The notes under the pieces are model-generated. The model saw nothing but the letters and a program-made list of their open reading frames with translations, was not told where the DNA came from and ran no database searches. The translations under genes were made by a program, and so were the position numbers. Below, piece after piece: positions 25,501 to 40,500 of a stretch of 64,000 nucleotides of DNA. Origin of the DNA: Enoplolaimus lenunculus (lineage: Eukaryota); contig JASANG010001649.1 in the NCBI GenBank assembly GCA_030248215.1, positions 1-64,000 on the forward strand, given 5' to 3'. Each line of letters starts with the position of its first letter. Position 1 is the first letter of the stretch.

Positions 25501-28500
25501 TTTACACGAGTCATACACAACCGATTGTGCTCAATTTTCAATGCTATATCCGGTTTGCATCCGGCTTCGGTTCCAGTAAAATTTACTATCCGACCTGGTA
25601 TCCAATAAAATTCATATCTGGTTGATCGTTTGTCACCACATAGGCCATGCGTTCATTGCTCGCGGGATGAGTTACCGTGAGTCGTGGTTCGCACATCATG
25701 TCTCAGTCCTATTTTCAACTCTGTTGACGCCTAAACGACCTCTGGCCACAACCTTGACTGTTGTTTCAGATTGAACATTTTGAAAAGTAGAACCTGTGCA
25801 TTGCAGTCACAAATACGTAAGGTTTTTCGAATCTGGAGATTGGCTCGCTTGTAGTCAAATAGTTTTTTTGAACTTATTAATTTCAAAAATTTGTCTCAAT
25901 GAATTTGACATTTCTTATTTAAAATACGGTTCAGGTGTCAAAACCACTACTCCTAAGCTTGGAATAGTATTGATAGTGACGTTGGTAATTTTAGTTTATA
26001 TTTTAAAAATCAGATGGGTTTCAATTGTGCACGGAATCCGCCAGGTATGTGCTAATGGGTTGCTGGTGCACCCAGCTGGGTGCCCTTAGTAATTCTTTAA
26101 ATATGGAGGTATATGAAGAATATTATTTAAAGGTGTCACATTGTCTCACACTATTGTACGTTTTGGTCAAAAGCTCAACTTGCACACTCAGTGCGATATT
26201 GTGATGGCGGTCGTGTCTGGGTGTACATGCAAAAATATTGCATATATATTCCTAGGTTTTGGAAAAATGCCAGGGTTGTGGGTATTGCTTTTTTGGTATG
26301 TAATGTTTGATGATGTGCAGACTAAAGTAATGCGAAAAATGTGCTTTTTTCTAACCTCACAATTCACTGGTTCGAAAGTTTATAACACCAAATCACCGAC
26401 TGTTGACGGGTGCTGCGCACGCTTGAAAATTCAGGCGAAGATTTCTGTTGTTGTGTGTCTTCTACTGGCGTTTAAGATTTCTGTGGACGCTCTTACAAAT
26501 TAGTGTATTTTATACTGAGAAAAAATGTTACAATTGACAGTTGAAAACGTTTTCTATGCTTCGATTTCGGCATAAGGGTGTACCATATGGCTAATACACC
26601 TTGAATTGTCAGCTCATGTTTGTAAGAAGATTAAAAAAGATGTGTAGCACTTTGCAAAATTAAATTATTTAATTTGTAAACTGAACTCTGTTAAACTTGG
26701 AATTAAGTTTATTGCTGTTGACTAACCGGCTTGAAGCAATATTTGAAAAATCTACATATTCCTAGACATGGGTGCACCAATAGTATTTGAGGAGGGTGCG
26801 GAACAACGCATGTAGGGGAATGCAGGGGAACATTACATTCATTTTCACGTTTCAAGGTATTAAATTTCTACTTCAATTGATATTGAAAAATTTTGGCGGT
26901 ATGGCTTCAGTGGGGGTACTGTTGTCATATTTCGCCAAATGCGTCACCTGTATCACCCATCTCGGCGCTCTTAAATATGCATGGAGCGGTTGGGCTAGAA
27001 TTGGACTGGCAATAAAAATTAGCCTTGTCGAAAGCCAGATTATTTTCTAGGCCAACAGACCGTGACAACGTCTAAAAGTTAGATTTTTCATTTTGTTAAG
27101 TGGCCGAAATTTTAGCCGGCCCACCAGGCATTTGCCTGATACGCCTAGATAACTACCCTGTTAATGGGTTCAGTTGGAACAATATTCAGTTATGGTCGTT
27201 AGAGCGTTGTAAAATAAAATACAAATCAACCACAGTGCTGTGATGCTTTTTTCAGCAAGTTGTCAATATTTTGATTTTTTCGTACCCATCCTGATAGGGA
27301 ATGGAATCAGGAGCACAGCCAGTTCAGTTAGCCTCTTCGGTAATTTTGGAATTTTGGGAATTGATGTATATCTTCTTTCCCTCCTGTTGTATACGCTACT
27401 GGGCCCAATATATATACATGATTATCTTTCTTATTAGGCTAGATTTTGTTCAATGTAGAATTGTTAAAAAACACATGCATTTGAACAATTGACGGACGTA
27501 AATAGCTACTACTCTGCGCTGCATGTATGTGACACAACTCTCTGACTCAGCTCATGGGTCCAAATTTGGCGTCAAGCTTAGGAAAGGCTTACTCAGGGTT
27601 GCGGCCCACAAATGTAGGTTTCAACCCAGGGGCCTCGGCATTGACCGTTTTTCAACCCAGGTATCCAAGGCTTCTACATCGGCCGCGGCCGGTCCCAACC
27701 CTGAACGACGTAGTTGGTTTGGTTTTAGCAAGGTCACGCAAATTACGTAGGTATATATGGTTAAAAATGTATGTTAGTGTTTGTCGCGGCTAACATTTTA
27801 ATAGCAGAAATTAAAAATTTCAGAGTTATCGGACGGGCTAATGGACCGTCTGGTGTCTGTAAAGGTAGTGCCCCTGCTCTAACAGAAATGACCTTATGAT
27901 TGTTTACAGGCTCGTAGCAAGCTCAACCTGCGGGGGAGGGGCAAAGCATGAATTGGAGGTGCGTACAGTTGACATAACAAGCTTACAAAAACGGGGCTCA
28001 CATACTTTTTTTCGAATGCTAACATTTTTCTAGGAGGGCTGAGATCTCCACTCGTGCTACGCTCCTGATTTAACAAGCTAACAAGCTTATCAACGGCGCT
28101 AAAAGTTTGCTAGGGATGCTAACATTTTTCAAGGTTGGGCTGATATCTTCCCTCGGACTACGGGCCGATTTTCCACTAGATCGCTACCGTTACTTTGAAA
28201 TATTTGATAATGGGGGTACACAGGGGCGTGGCAACTGGCGTCCGTGACCCTTTCGGTTAGGTGAATGCATTGCCCATATTGAATAATAGTTAATATCTTG
28301 TTAATTAAAGCCAATTTTACAGTCGTATATTTCGGTGCCGATTCTAACAAATCTTTTCTGGATTACGTAACTGCTTGTGTATTGTTTGTTATTCTAAAAA
28401 TTAAATAATTTCACACCTTGAGCCCGAACCGACCCGTCGCCAGCTCGCCTTTCTAGGGGCGTCTAAATTTTTCAGGAGGGGCATACAATCGTTTTCGATG

Positions 28501-31500
28501 ACTTACAGGCAAGTTTGAAAGCTTTCTTGACAATGCAAGATTCTGCCAGAAGGGTGAGCACCACCGGCCAGCTATGGTTACGAGCCAGACCTATATAGAA
28601 TTTAGATTCGTATTTTGTTAGACTCACATTCAAATTAAAATTGGTTTCGGTGTGAAAATACTAAACGCGATGATTAAATTAAAACCCGTTATTATTTTTC
28701 AATATTTCGCAGGGGCGGGCGGATGCAGAAAAAATTGAAATGAAGGTTCACAGGTTGGGATCCACGGAACCAAAACGACACTTTGACGCATAGACTTGAC
28801 TAACGATATCCGATTCGAAGCAATTTTCGACTATACATTTGACACTTTTCGTAATACGAAGGGGATTAATGAACAGGCACCCAACGAACCCCCTATGATC
28901 CGCCTGTGTACACGCCTGTAGCCAGCTCACCTTGCTAGGATGGTTAAAAAATTTTCAGGAGAGGCACACAAGTATTATCGATGACTTTCAATCATGGTTG
29001 AACATTTTCTAGGAGGAGCCAGAGCTTTTTCCAAAACGGGGTGAACCTCCCTGACCCCCACGCTCGCTACGTGCCCGCCGGTGAATGATTTAAATTTTTT
29101 GAAAATTTAAACATTAGTTTGAGTACAGACAACGAGTAGCACTAAAGAAGCAAACAGCTATAGTCAGGCGTACACAAGTAAAAGAACACGAGTTAAACTT
29201 TTTAATCTGTACTACTTGCATGGCATACGCCTGTTTCATGATGGTTTCTAGCATTTGTATACGTGTATGTGTTTATTTTTGTTTATAAACACCCCGTACC
29301 GTGTGTATATTAAAGCAGTCAAACTGGGCCAGAAAGGCGTGGTGGCGCATATTTGTTGCAACGCAACAAAGTCGTACCGAAAAAGGGGCTTCAGTTAAAC
29401 ATTCCATAAACACAAATATGTTGAATTTACTACTACCTTATTGAATAATTGTTAACAATTTCAAAAGTTGACTAAGATCAATCTTTGAGTATATGAATTA
29501 ATATTTTAGAATTAGTATTTTAGTTGATTTTTTGTGGAGTTGGCCCTCAGTCAGCCGTGTATGTTATCGCTTGCGCTACTGAGACAGGGTTATTCAATGT
29601 TTCGACAAACAGTGTTGGTAGGCGAACAAAATTAGACAGATAAGCCAAACGGTATTTTTTTACATCTTTGTAGGCTGCAACGCGAGAAGAGGACAAAAAG
29701 TTTCTATTTGCATGAGATTATGCTTTATCGAAGTTTAAATTCTGGCTACACCTTTGCCGTAGTCTATTTCTAGTTTTAGCGGAAAATTACGCAACACGAG
29801 GGTGGTGCAGATAAATTAAACTCGGTGTTATTTAGAACGATATAAGTTTCAATTTAAAGCCCGTATTCTCAAATGTGTGCAGCAGCTATCATCAGTTGGC
29901 GATAGGTTCTGTAACTTTGGAGCCAGCGCATGGTGATATTCGAAATTCAGCACATTGTTGTTTGAAAACCTATCGCTATCTGGTGCTAGGTACTATACAC
30001 ATTTAAAATATGGGTCTAAATCTCAGCTTAAGTTTATGGTGCGTGTTGTAGAATTGCAACAAGACTGCGATATGCTTTCAGACCAAAAAAATTTGGGTGC
30101 AGTCGACTGTTTTAAATTTGACATTTGAATGAAAGTAGGGACATTTTGCGAAGTGAATGAAAACTGTTAAAGGCGCTGTGCGTTGATTTTTGGGATTAAA
30201 TGTATTAGAATTTAAAAAGTTTGATGAAGAAAAGGATTTTGTGCCGAGACACACAACACGAGTGCTTAGGGACTACGGCGGTGATATTGATGGCGCGGGG
30301 GCGCCACTCCCTGTTGGCCCGAGCGGACGAAAATTGTTTCAATCGCCTGCATGAACGTTGTGAGTTTCGACCACCCCAACCAAAAAATGTGTGTCGCTCA
30401 AAATTCCGCTGCGCCCCTGCCTAACTGAAATTCTCGGGCACCCTTCCCGGCTGAAAACCCTCGACACCCCTACCCCCGAATCACCAAGAACTCGTCCACA
30501 ATGAATAAGTGCATTGGGCACTTTGATTTGGTTCGAGATATCGCCGTTCATCCTTTGGCAATTTTCAAGTTCATTTGAATAAAAAAGGCTCTTATCGTAG
30601 TCTGGCAAGGGATATTAATTTTTATTCCTGTTATTTCTGTTTTTGAACATTTTTTGGCCTTGAATTAAAACTCGGCTCGAGTACAATTCTGCTTTTAAAC
30701 AACCCTTCGGCAACTTTGCATGCCTCAGCCCAGTAGCTTCGGGTAACTAAAAATCTGGGTATCTTAAACGACCCGGTCTCTCTATAACGGAAATGGGAAA
30801 GAAATATTTAATATAAAACGTTTAAAGTTTATTACTGTGGATCTGAGCAAAAAATAATAATAAACATGTTGCCGATAGCGGGCGTTAGTTGCTGAGCAGG
30901 TTCCGTATACAATGGGACAGGGGAATATATCGTGCTTACTCTATTAAAATTCATAACAATCAAGAAAAAAGCATTTTTACAGGCTTTACAATAGTCATTG
31001 CACTCAAAATAATATTTCTGATATTTAAGAAAAAGTTTCTTAAATTTAAGAAATATAATTAGCAAGGTGCACTTGAAAAGTATTTCTGTTATAGCAGAAA
31101 AGTTTTCAAAAAAGTTTTGAAATAAAGTCTGAAAATAAACGTTTTCCAGTTGTTTTTAGAAAAATTGTCTTAAATGTCAGAAAAACTTTTCAGATATGCA
31201 CAGAAAATACTTCAGAAATACTTTGTTGCGTGTGGATTCCGGAGTTTTAAAGCTGGGTACACCCCTGCTGTTGAATTTAACATTGTTTGCTTCGACGAAA
31301 TGAATAGTTATAATTATAAGCGTCCCGGCGGAAAACACTTTGGAAGGAATTATTAAACTTAAACTTTTTGGTGTCAAAACTATGGAAACTGTTGAGATTG
31401 AGATAGTGTTTGAGAAAAATAAAACGTCCGTTAGAGGCTGTTTGCGGTTTTGCACCGTAAGAATGAATAGTCGGATAAAATCCAAAACGGAAATTATTGA

Positions 31501-34500
31501 CCAGAGTTGGGTTTCAATATTGACCAGTGAACAACGATTTGATAGGCATATTATCTTTGAAATTTTTCACCTAACAGACAGTCAATCGATAGGTTCGGAA
31601 TAAAAAATACCCGGTTATTTATGCAAGTAGTCAGCTGAACTTGTTGTCAGGTAACTTTTCAATAGGAGCATGCAAGGATTTAACATTGCCTCAGTGTGGT
31701 GCAGATTTTCGCTAATTAGATTGAACCTCTCTGGAGCCCTTTTGGAAATAGGCCCGTATGTATCACAACAAAGAAATAAAAATGGAATTACTACCGACAG
31801 GTATATTTAAAATTGCAGTATATTCGACAAGAAACGAGTACATATATATACACGTACGTTAGTAATTGTTGAAAATAAAGAACCTGTATACCCCGACCCT
31901 CAAAATGATAGATGCTTTCCTGAGTATCAATCGCATTGCTGACTCTAGAAGGAACGGCACAGTACTAAGAAATGCACGGGGGTTTACTGAAGGTAAAGGT
32001 TCGAGGCGAGACCAAATATTTGAATTTTTACATCATCAACGTTGAACTATTTTTGGAAAAACAACGTGGTTTGGACATGTTTTCAGTTTGAGAGTGGTAA
32101 ATAGTTGTTTATTCGGACGCGCAGCTAAACGAAAAGACCCAGGAGGTTAAGTAGGCAATTTTTATGCGTCTAGATAAATTTTGGCACAGCTTATAAATGT
32201 ACTAAATCCACAAGTGCCACTTGCAATTTTTTTGATGACCCTTTCCTACATGTGGGGTTGCTAAAGGGCCTGGTTCCATTTAAGGGAAGATCTTAGGATC
32301 GCATCATCGCCCGCCCCCCACCACTGCCACGAAAAATTACAAAATTTGCCAAGTGAATATGCTAAAATTAAATCTGGCTTCTTTCATGCCTGACTGACGA
32401 GTTTTCTCTAACCTTTATTTAGTTTTCACACTTTCGTTCTAATAGTTCACCACCTAATCTAAAATTATTTTCAAGATTGTGTTGTCGAGGGGGAGCTCGG
32501 TAAACCTCGCATCCCTTCCCGCCGCCGAAAAGTGCTGTATCCTCCCGCTGAACTGGGTACTCTGTTAGTAGTATTCCTTTGTTAAGCAACCGGGTTTAAA
32601 TCGGATAGTAAAATAACGGAAACAGTTAGTGATTAAAATACCGGAAAAGGAAACAGAAAACGTATATTTAAGTAAGCATAACATTTAGACTGATTTTTTG
32701 CTTTGGCTTTTAGGCTTAAGTATAAGCTCATTCTAACGTTTAGGCTTAGGCATAGGCTTTGAAATATTCTGTTACGGCCCTGTTATTGGCCAAAAATCAA
32801 AGACTACTTGCAAAAACTTCAAAAAATATTTTGCTGTATATTTTGAAATTTCATAAGATGGAGAAATTGGCGTTAAGGTTTGTAAAGGGGCACTTTATAC
32901 ATGTATGTATTGTATATATTTAAATGTATTGGTATATATGTACATAATATCATATCTATAAATATGTGTATATAATTATACATGAAATGACGTTCCCTAC
33001 TTTACTTAAATCGACTTTGTCAACTGATTTTACGACCCAGACACATTTTAAAATTCGTACTGTATAATTAAATTAATTTCCTAAATTATTGGATTGTACT
33101 TGGTATGTTTCTTTACATTAAGTAAATTATAATCTTTTAAGTTTATTCCCAAGACAACTGTTTAGATTGAAAAAAAGAACATTAGTTCTAAATTGATTTT
33201 AAGATATACTGGCCGCTTTTGTATTAAGCATCGAAAAGCAAACACCGCAGCTGAGATTGATGTATTGATTTGCTGGATAAACAAGAATTTGGGCGGAAGT
33301 CGTATCGTGACGCAACCGGAAACAAATATTGGCTATTACACACTATCATCCACATTTATGGTTAAGGCTCTGGCTTATAGGCACAGGCTTAGGTAAAGGC
33401 CAAGGATAAAGAAACGTATATACACCGTTTCGTATGGCTTAACCTAAGCCTAAGCGTAAATGTGGCGAAATGGTACAAAGTTCCTAAAAGTTAACCTAAG
33501 CCTGAGCGTAAATATGTCGATAAATGTACAAAACAGAAAAATATTCCTAAAAGTTTTAATGCTAATTTGAATAATTCATAAGATCCATAGGAAAGTCTAA
33601 GCGAAGCAATAACGAATAGTTCAGCCTATGAAATGGTAAAGTCAACAAGATGTTTTGTAATGTCTTGCTACTCTAATTGATAAATCTGCAGCTGCTAAGG
33701 CTTGTTTGAAAACGTACTAACGTACAATAGTTGCTAATTCAGCCGCGTTCAGTATGTAATCAGAGCTTTCAGACTTTTCAATCAGTTTCGTTGAACCGGC
33801 TAATACACAAACAGCAGTTATAAACAGTTCGACTCAAAGTACAACTCTTTAAGATAAACCTTGCGGTATATAAAAGCTGTATGAAAAACGTAGAGCAAAA
33901 ACTGATTCGTTAAAATGTTGGCGGACACGAAAATATACACGGCAAGTTGAAGCATATATAAGCTATCAGGACGGGCCCGTAGCCAAGGGACGCCAGAGGG
34001 GCTCAACCCTTCTGGAAAAATTCCCCCTAGAACATTTTTATCCGTGCATGTAGGTCAACGAAAACTCTTGTATGTCCCTTTGAAAGTTTTTAGCCTCCCA
34101 CTCCCAGTAAAGTAAGCTGGCTACGGGCCTGTATCTGGAGAACGGCTTTGGATTACATTTTCATTTCAGAAGGGTGTAACTTCAAATAAAGGTTCGTTGC
34201 GTTTGAGACTAGCAAGCGAACAAAATCTATAGGAGTTTACAAAATTGACTTTTTCTTAGTTTTTGTGTAATTTTGTGGGTTAATATTGGTTTTACAAGAG
34301 TGCATCATGATACAAGAGTGTGCAACTCTTTGGGTTCCGCATAGTACAAAATATGCCACCGGGTGTTGCACTTTTGGCTGACCCCTTATAGGAGGGTTGC
34401 TGTCACACGCAATAACCCTAAGTTAAACTATAAGCCGATCATTTTTGATGCCGGATGCATAAAATGACATGGTTCGCTCAGGTTGTATCCCACTCTAAAT

Positions 34501-37500
34501 AGGGGGCAGGCAAAACCCAACGCGCGTCGGGTACATTGTTTCCTACACAGAATGTACTCAGTTGCATACTCTTGTTGAAGTATGCATCGTCCACTATTGG
34601 TTTTACCCGCTCGGTATACGCTTTTGATAGCTATTCGTTAAAGTTTATAACCAAACTTCCCTAAAGAATATGCAAAGTACAACCGTCAATATTACACATT
34701 TGGCGCGGGCGTCAAATAAATTTTAGGAGCAGCCAATGGGGATGTTATGACTTAATTGGTCTGTTTTTACTGCAATTGTATATGTGTATAGCACCTATCA
34801 CCAGTTGGCGATTGGTCTTGTTACTTTGGAACAAGCAGCGTTTTAAATTGTAAAATTTCACAATATTTCTGCTACGGTGGTATTTCGAAATACTTTTTGA
34901 ACAGCGCCGTACTTAGGGTTGCCCGGGTCCCCTCCAAAAATCAAACTCTGAGCACTTTTGTAGCGGCGAATGAAGGGTTTTCGGGGCGTTGATCTGAAGT
35001 TGATCAAGTCACTTCCCCCATTTTTCTACGAGGTTAACCGTATGAGTTACCTTTAACGGCCGTCTCAATTATTTCGCTAGCAGAATTACCATCAGATGAA
35101 GGAATTTTCGCGAGCGAAGCGAGCAAGAAATCCGCCATACTATCTCCTGTTTGGTTACATGCTTCAGTTAGGAGTCTCGGACCCAAAAAAACGGCACGGG
35201 CGAAGCAAGCACGTAGCCAGGTGCAATTGTAGTGCTAAAGCCTAGCGTAAAATTGTAGTTTTGCTGTGTTCCGGTGGGCGGTTCCGATCACTTGATGCGC
35301 CCCTTAAACCGGCCGGGGGCGGTAAGCACGGCTTTGTTAGTGAAGAAAACCTGTCGCTAACGGTTTTGCTGTGTTCCGGTGGGCGGTTCCGATCACTTGA
35401 TTCGCCCCTTAAACCGGCCGGGGGCGGTAAGCACGGCTTTGTTAGTGAAGAAAACCTGTCGCTAACGGTTTTGCTGTGTTCCGGTGGGCGGTTCCGATCA
35501 CTTGATTCGCCCCTTAAACCGGCCGGGGGCGGTAAGCACGGCTTTGTTAGTGAAGAAAACCTGTCGCTAACGGTTTTGCTGTGTTCCGGTGGGCGGTTCC
35601 GATCACTTGATTCGCCCCTTAAACCGGCCGGGGGCGGTAAGCACGGCTTTGTTAGTGAAGAAAACCTGTCGCTAACGGTTTTGCTGTGTTCCGGTGGGCG
35701 GTTCCGATCACTTGATGCGCCTCTTAAACCGGCCGGGGGCGCTAAGAACGGCTTTGTTAGTGAAGAAAACCTGTCGCTAACGATTGGAAGGTTATAATAT
35801 TTGCCAACGGTTACCTCGGATATCAGCACTTGATGCATATTTAAATTGCAAGCGATGTATTCTGATACATGCATAAATATGATGCATATTTAAATTGCAA
35901 GCGATGTGTTCTGATACATGCATAAATATGATGCATATTTAAATTGCAAGCGATGTGTTCTGATACATGCATAAATATGATGCATATTTAAATTGCAAGC
36001 GATGTGTTCTGATACATGCATAAATATGATGCATATTTAAATTGCAAGCGATGTGTTCTGATACATGCATAAATATGATGCATAGTTAAATTGCAAGCGA
36101 TGTATTCTGATACATGCATAAATATGATGCATATTTAAATTGCAAGCGATGTGTTCTGATACATGCATAAATATGATGCATATTTAAATTGCAAGCGATG
36201 TATTCTGATACATGCATAAATATGATGCATAGTTAAATTGCAAGCGATGTATTCTGATACATGCATATATATGATGCATAGTTAAATTGCAAGCGATGTA
36301 TTCTGATACATGCATAAATATGATGCATAGTTAAATTGCAAGCGATGTATTCTGATACATGCATAAATATGATGCATATTTAAATTGCAAGCGATGTATT
36401 CTGATACATGCATAAATATGATGCATATTTAAATTGCAAGCGATGTATTCTGATACATGCATAAATATGATGCATATTTAAATTGCAAGCGATGTATTCT
36501 GATACATGCATAAATATGATGCATATTTAAATTGCAAGCGATGTATTCTGATACATGCATAAATATGATGCATATTTAAATTGCAAGCGATGTATTCTGA
36601 TACATGCATAAATATGATGCATATTTAAATTGCAAGCGATGTATTCTGATACATGCATAAATATGATGCATAGTTAAATTGCAAGCGATGTATTCTGATA
36701 CATGCATAAATATGATGCATATTTAAATTGCAAGCGATGTGTTCTGATACATGCATAAATATGATGCATATTTAAATTGCAAGCGATGTGTTCTGATACA
36801 TGCATAAATATGATGCATATTTAAATTGCAAGCGATGTGTTCTGATACATGCATAAATATGATGCATATTTAAATTGCAAGCGATGTGTTCTGATACATG
36901 CATAAATATGATGCATATTTAAATTGCAAGCGATGTGTTCTGATACATGCATAAATATGATGCATATTTAAATTGCAAGCGATGTGTTCTGATACATGCA
37001 TAAATATGATGCATATTTAAATTGCAAGCGATGTGTTCTGATACATGCATGAATATGATGCATAGTTAAATTGCAAGCGATGTATTCTGATACATGCATA
37101 AATATGATGCATATTTAAATTGCAAGCGATGTGTTCTGATACATGCATAAATATGATGCATATTTAAATTGCAAGCGATGTATTCTGATACATGCATAAA
37201 TATGATGCATAGTTAAATTGCAAGCGATGTATTCTGATACATGCATAAATATGATGCATAGTTAAATTGCAAGCGATGTATTCTGATACATGCATAAATA
37301 TGATGCATAGTTAAATTGCAAGCGATGTATTCTGATACATGCATAAATATGATGCATAGTTAAATTGCAAGCGATGTATTCTGATACATGCATAAATATG
37401 ATGCATATTTAAATTGCAAGCGATGTATTCTGATACATGCATAAATATGATGCATATTTAAATTGCAAGCGATGTATTCTGATACATGCATAAATATGAT

Positions 37501-40500
37501 GCATATTTAAATTGCAAGCGATGTATTCTGATACATGCATAAATATGATGCATAGTTAAATTGCAAGCGATGTATTCTGATACATGCATAAATATGATGC
37601 ATATTTAAATTGCAAGCGATGTGTTCTGATACATGCATAAATATGATGCATATTTAAATTGCAAGCGATGTGTTCTGATACATGCATAAATATGATGCAT
37701 ATTTAAATTGCAAGCGATGTGTTCTGATACATGCATAAATATGATGCATATTTAATTGCAAGCGTTGTATTTTGATACATGGATAAATACATGTATTTGC
37801 GCTCCGGTATTAGTGTGACTGGCCGGCTGCAGTATCTTTTGGTATCCAATCGCATCATGCTTTACATGAAATGAAAGGTCATTGTGCTGCCGAAAGGCGT
37901 GAAATATTTTAGTTTGAAAGACTCAAAGTCGAAGTTAACTTTGTGCTGCAAAGTGTCATATGAAATGCAGATTGATACCCTTTGCTGCCGAAAAGGGGTG
38001 GCGCTATATTTTTGATGACGTCGGGCGCCGTTCGTCACCGTCCGACGTCGTCCGTTGCCGTTTGTTACCGTACGGCAGCGTGCGGTATCGTACGTGAATT
38101 ACTCGCATACGTTACCGTATGGCAATGGACGGCACCGCACGACAAGTATAGCGCCACCCTAAGAGTTATTCAATTCAATATGAGTATTTAAAATATAACG
38201 GATATAATTTATCTAAGGCAATATACAGATATTTTTATGGGTAGCAAATACATAAAGTCATATGCTGGTTCCATGAAATATTGTGTTATTTCTGAAGTCA
38301 AGTATTGCTTTTTGACAAAATTTTAATTCTTAATTTTTGTTTAGATACTCATCAACGTTGATCGGAGCTGCTTGGCAAAGTTGCGTTGCGTTCTGTGGAA
38401 CTGTGTTCACTGAGATTTTGGCTTGGATTCCAGCAGCTGGTTCGCACGTCGTCGCCAGTTTTCGTGGTCATCAGGTTTGTTCTTTTTTGTCTGGTTGTCA
38501 CTTTACAAGACATTGTGTAAAATACTTGTACATCTCATTGTGTTAAATATGTTGAAAGTTTATATTTCATCAACAGTTTGCAAAAACCAGCTCAAGGCAA
38601 TCAAATCTTGCCAGTTAAAACAAGTAAAAATCGAACACGTGCTAAAAATTGTATTGCTCCAGGGACAGAAGAACTGGTCGGTACGCAGTTCCCGATTGAA
38701 CGCATGTAAAAATCAGGGACGGAACGTTTTTCTGTTGGAATGCAATAGAGTAAGCTTAAGCTTTAGGTTAATTTTTTGCTTAGACTTAGGATTATAGGTA
38801 TAAGCTCATTCTTACGCTTAGGTTTAGGAGTATGCTCATACTACTATTACGGCCCTGTTCTATGACAGAAAGCGATTTATATGCAAGGTAACGCATATTT
38901 ATGCACAATTGGTGTGTACATTTTGAAATCAAAATCCTGGCTACGTCCATGTATTAGCACTGCGTATGACATTTAAAAAATTTAGCTGGATGTTGTTTTG
39001 GTTTTTGTCGTCTTAATTCGGAACCAAACCACCGCTTTAACTTTATGGATTATTTTCGATAATTCCAAGTCGAGTGCCTTGCTTACATCATCGCACATGC
39101 TTTAACAAAATTTAGCAACATTTTAATTTGCAAGGCTTCTATAAGCTTTGAAAGTACAAAAAAGGCTGTTATGAACTGATGTATTTTAAAAATATACGTT
39201 TCGCGTTTGGATCGTAATATTTTTGTTATTTTTACAATCACCTGACATTGGTTATAAGCGTGTAGTCTTACAGATGGAAGCCGAGGGTGGCATTCCCATT
39301 AGGCAGCTGCGGATCCAGGATCTCAAAATGGAAGGGCCAAAATTTCACAGGTAATAAACTTATTTTTGACCCACACACAAACCACGAACTATTGCCATAA
39401 AATTGACTTCCTTACGTTCGTTCAATTATTTAAAGGCTCGGATTCGGAAGCCAATTTAGTTTTGAAAAAGCAAAATTCAGTCAGCTTCAGCAATATCCGT
39501 TTCTGTTTTGAATGAGTTGGAACTGCATGCTATTTTCGGAAAATGTTTTAGCATTAGCGGTTATGGACTTCAATTTTTATTTCGTAGAACAGCAATTGAC
39601 ACTTTATATAATTTTTGTCGAGATGCTGTTGGGGGGCCACGGCCGGGGTAGCCCCCCATGGATCCGCCACTGCATTAAGGAATTTTGTAGTTTACAAGGC
39701 GTCTCTTGCTCTAGAAAGTGTTTGTGTTTATGTACGTATTTTTGGACTTACCTTACAGTGGAGTCTATTTACTTTAGAGTGGTATTTCTTTTGGGGACAG
39801 AACATATTGGCTTTAGGGTGTCATATTTGACATTTCTACCTCGGTTGACGTTGGCCGCATCGCGTCTACTTCTGATGATCGTTCCGTTCGACTGTGGCGA
39901 TTACCTGAACTTCTTAGAGTGGAGCTCGGTGTCAGTGATGGATCTAGGTCAACTCATTGTGAACTGGCAAAAGAACGAACCGGATGCGTAGTTGTGGTTG
40001 AACCTGAATATACATTTTACGGACATGAAGCTCGAGTTTGGGCTGTCCGGTTTGTAAACGATGGGTCGTTGATTTCTGTTGGAGAGGTAAGCTGGTAGTT
40101 AAAGTAATTTTTTTGGTGGTAATCAATTGCGTCTGCTTGTTTGAACTAAAATAATGTGAACCAGGTCTAATGGTTTAATTCAAAAACTACGATCCGTAGC
40201 TGCGGTTTACAATTTGCGTCAGAGGTGTAAGTAGGTAACGATTTTGTACCCGCGTTGCGCTTTACCCTCGGAAATTTTATTTTTTTACCCGCTGGTGTAC
40301 CCGCGCAAAATTCCTTTACCCACTACCCACCTTTACCCGCCCATATTTTTTCTTGTGCGTTTAATACAATTGTGTAATTTTACAGTGCGTTGATGTTAGT
40401 AGCTTGATTCAAATTACAAAAAATTCATTATTAGTAATCTTAAAAACTAGCCATTAAGTAAAAAATTATAACACCGTACTAGCTGTGTACTTTGAACCGC

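Noticed and set aside
25770..26260. Possible WDR6 exons (IHGF, GDWL, LAHS look-alikes)
   Set aside because: Better, phase-consistent exons for these motifs exist at 12812, 19739 and 20591.
31721..31800. Possible + strand cassette exon (TAG|...CAG|GTATAT)
   Set aside because: Its 80-nt length would frameshift WDR6 and split the conserved CILYS motif; no other support.
35242..35874. 210-aa and 178-aa repeat-protein ORFs
   Set aside because: They follow from a 105-bp stop-free unit; no domain or splice support.
35831..37790. CRISPR-like array
   Set aside because: Units are contiguous with no unique spacers, there are no cas genes, and the context is a eukaryotic intron.
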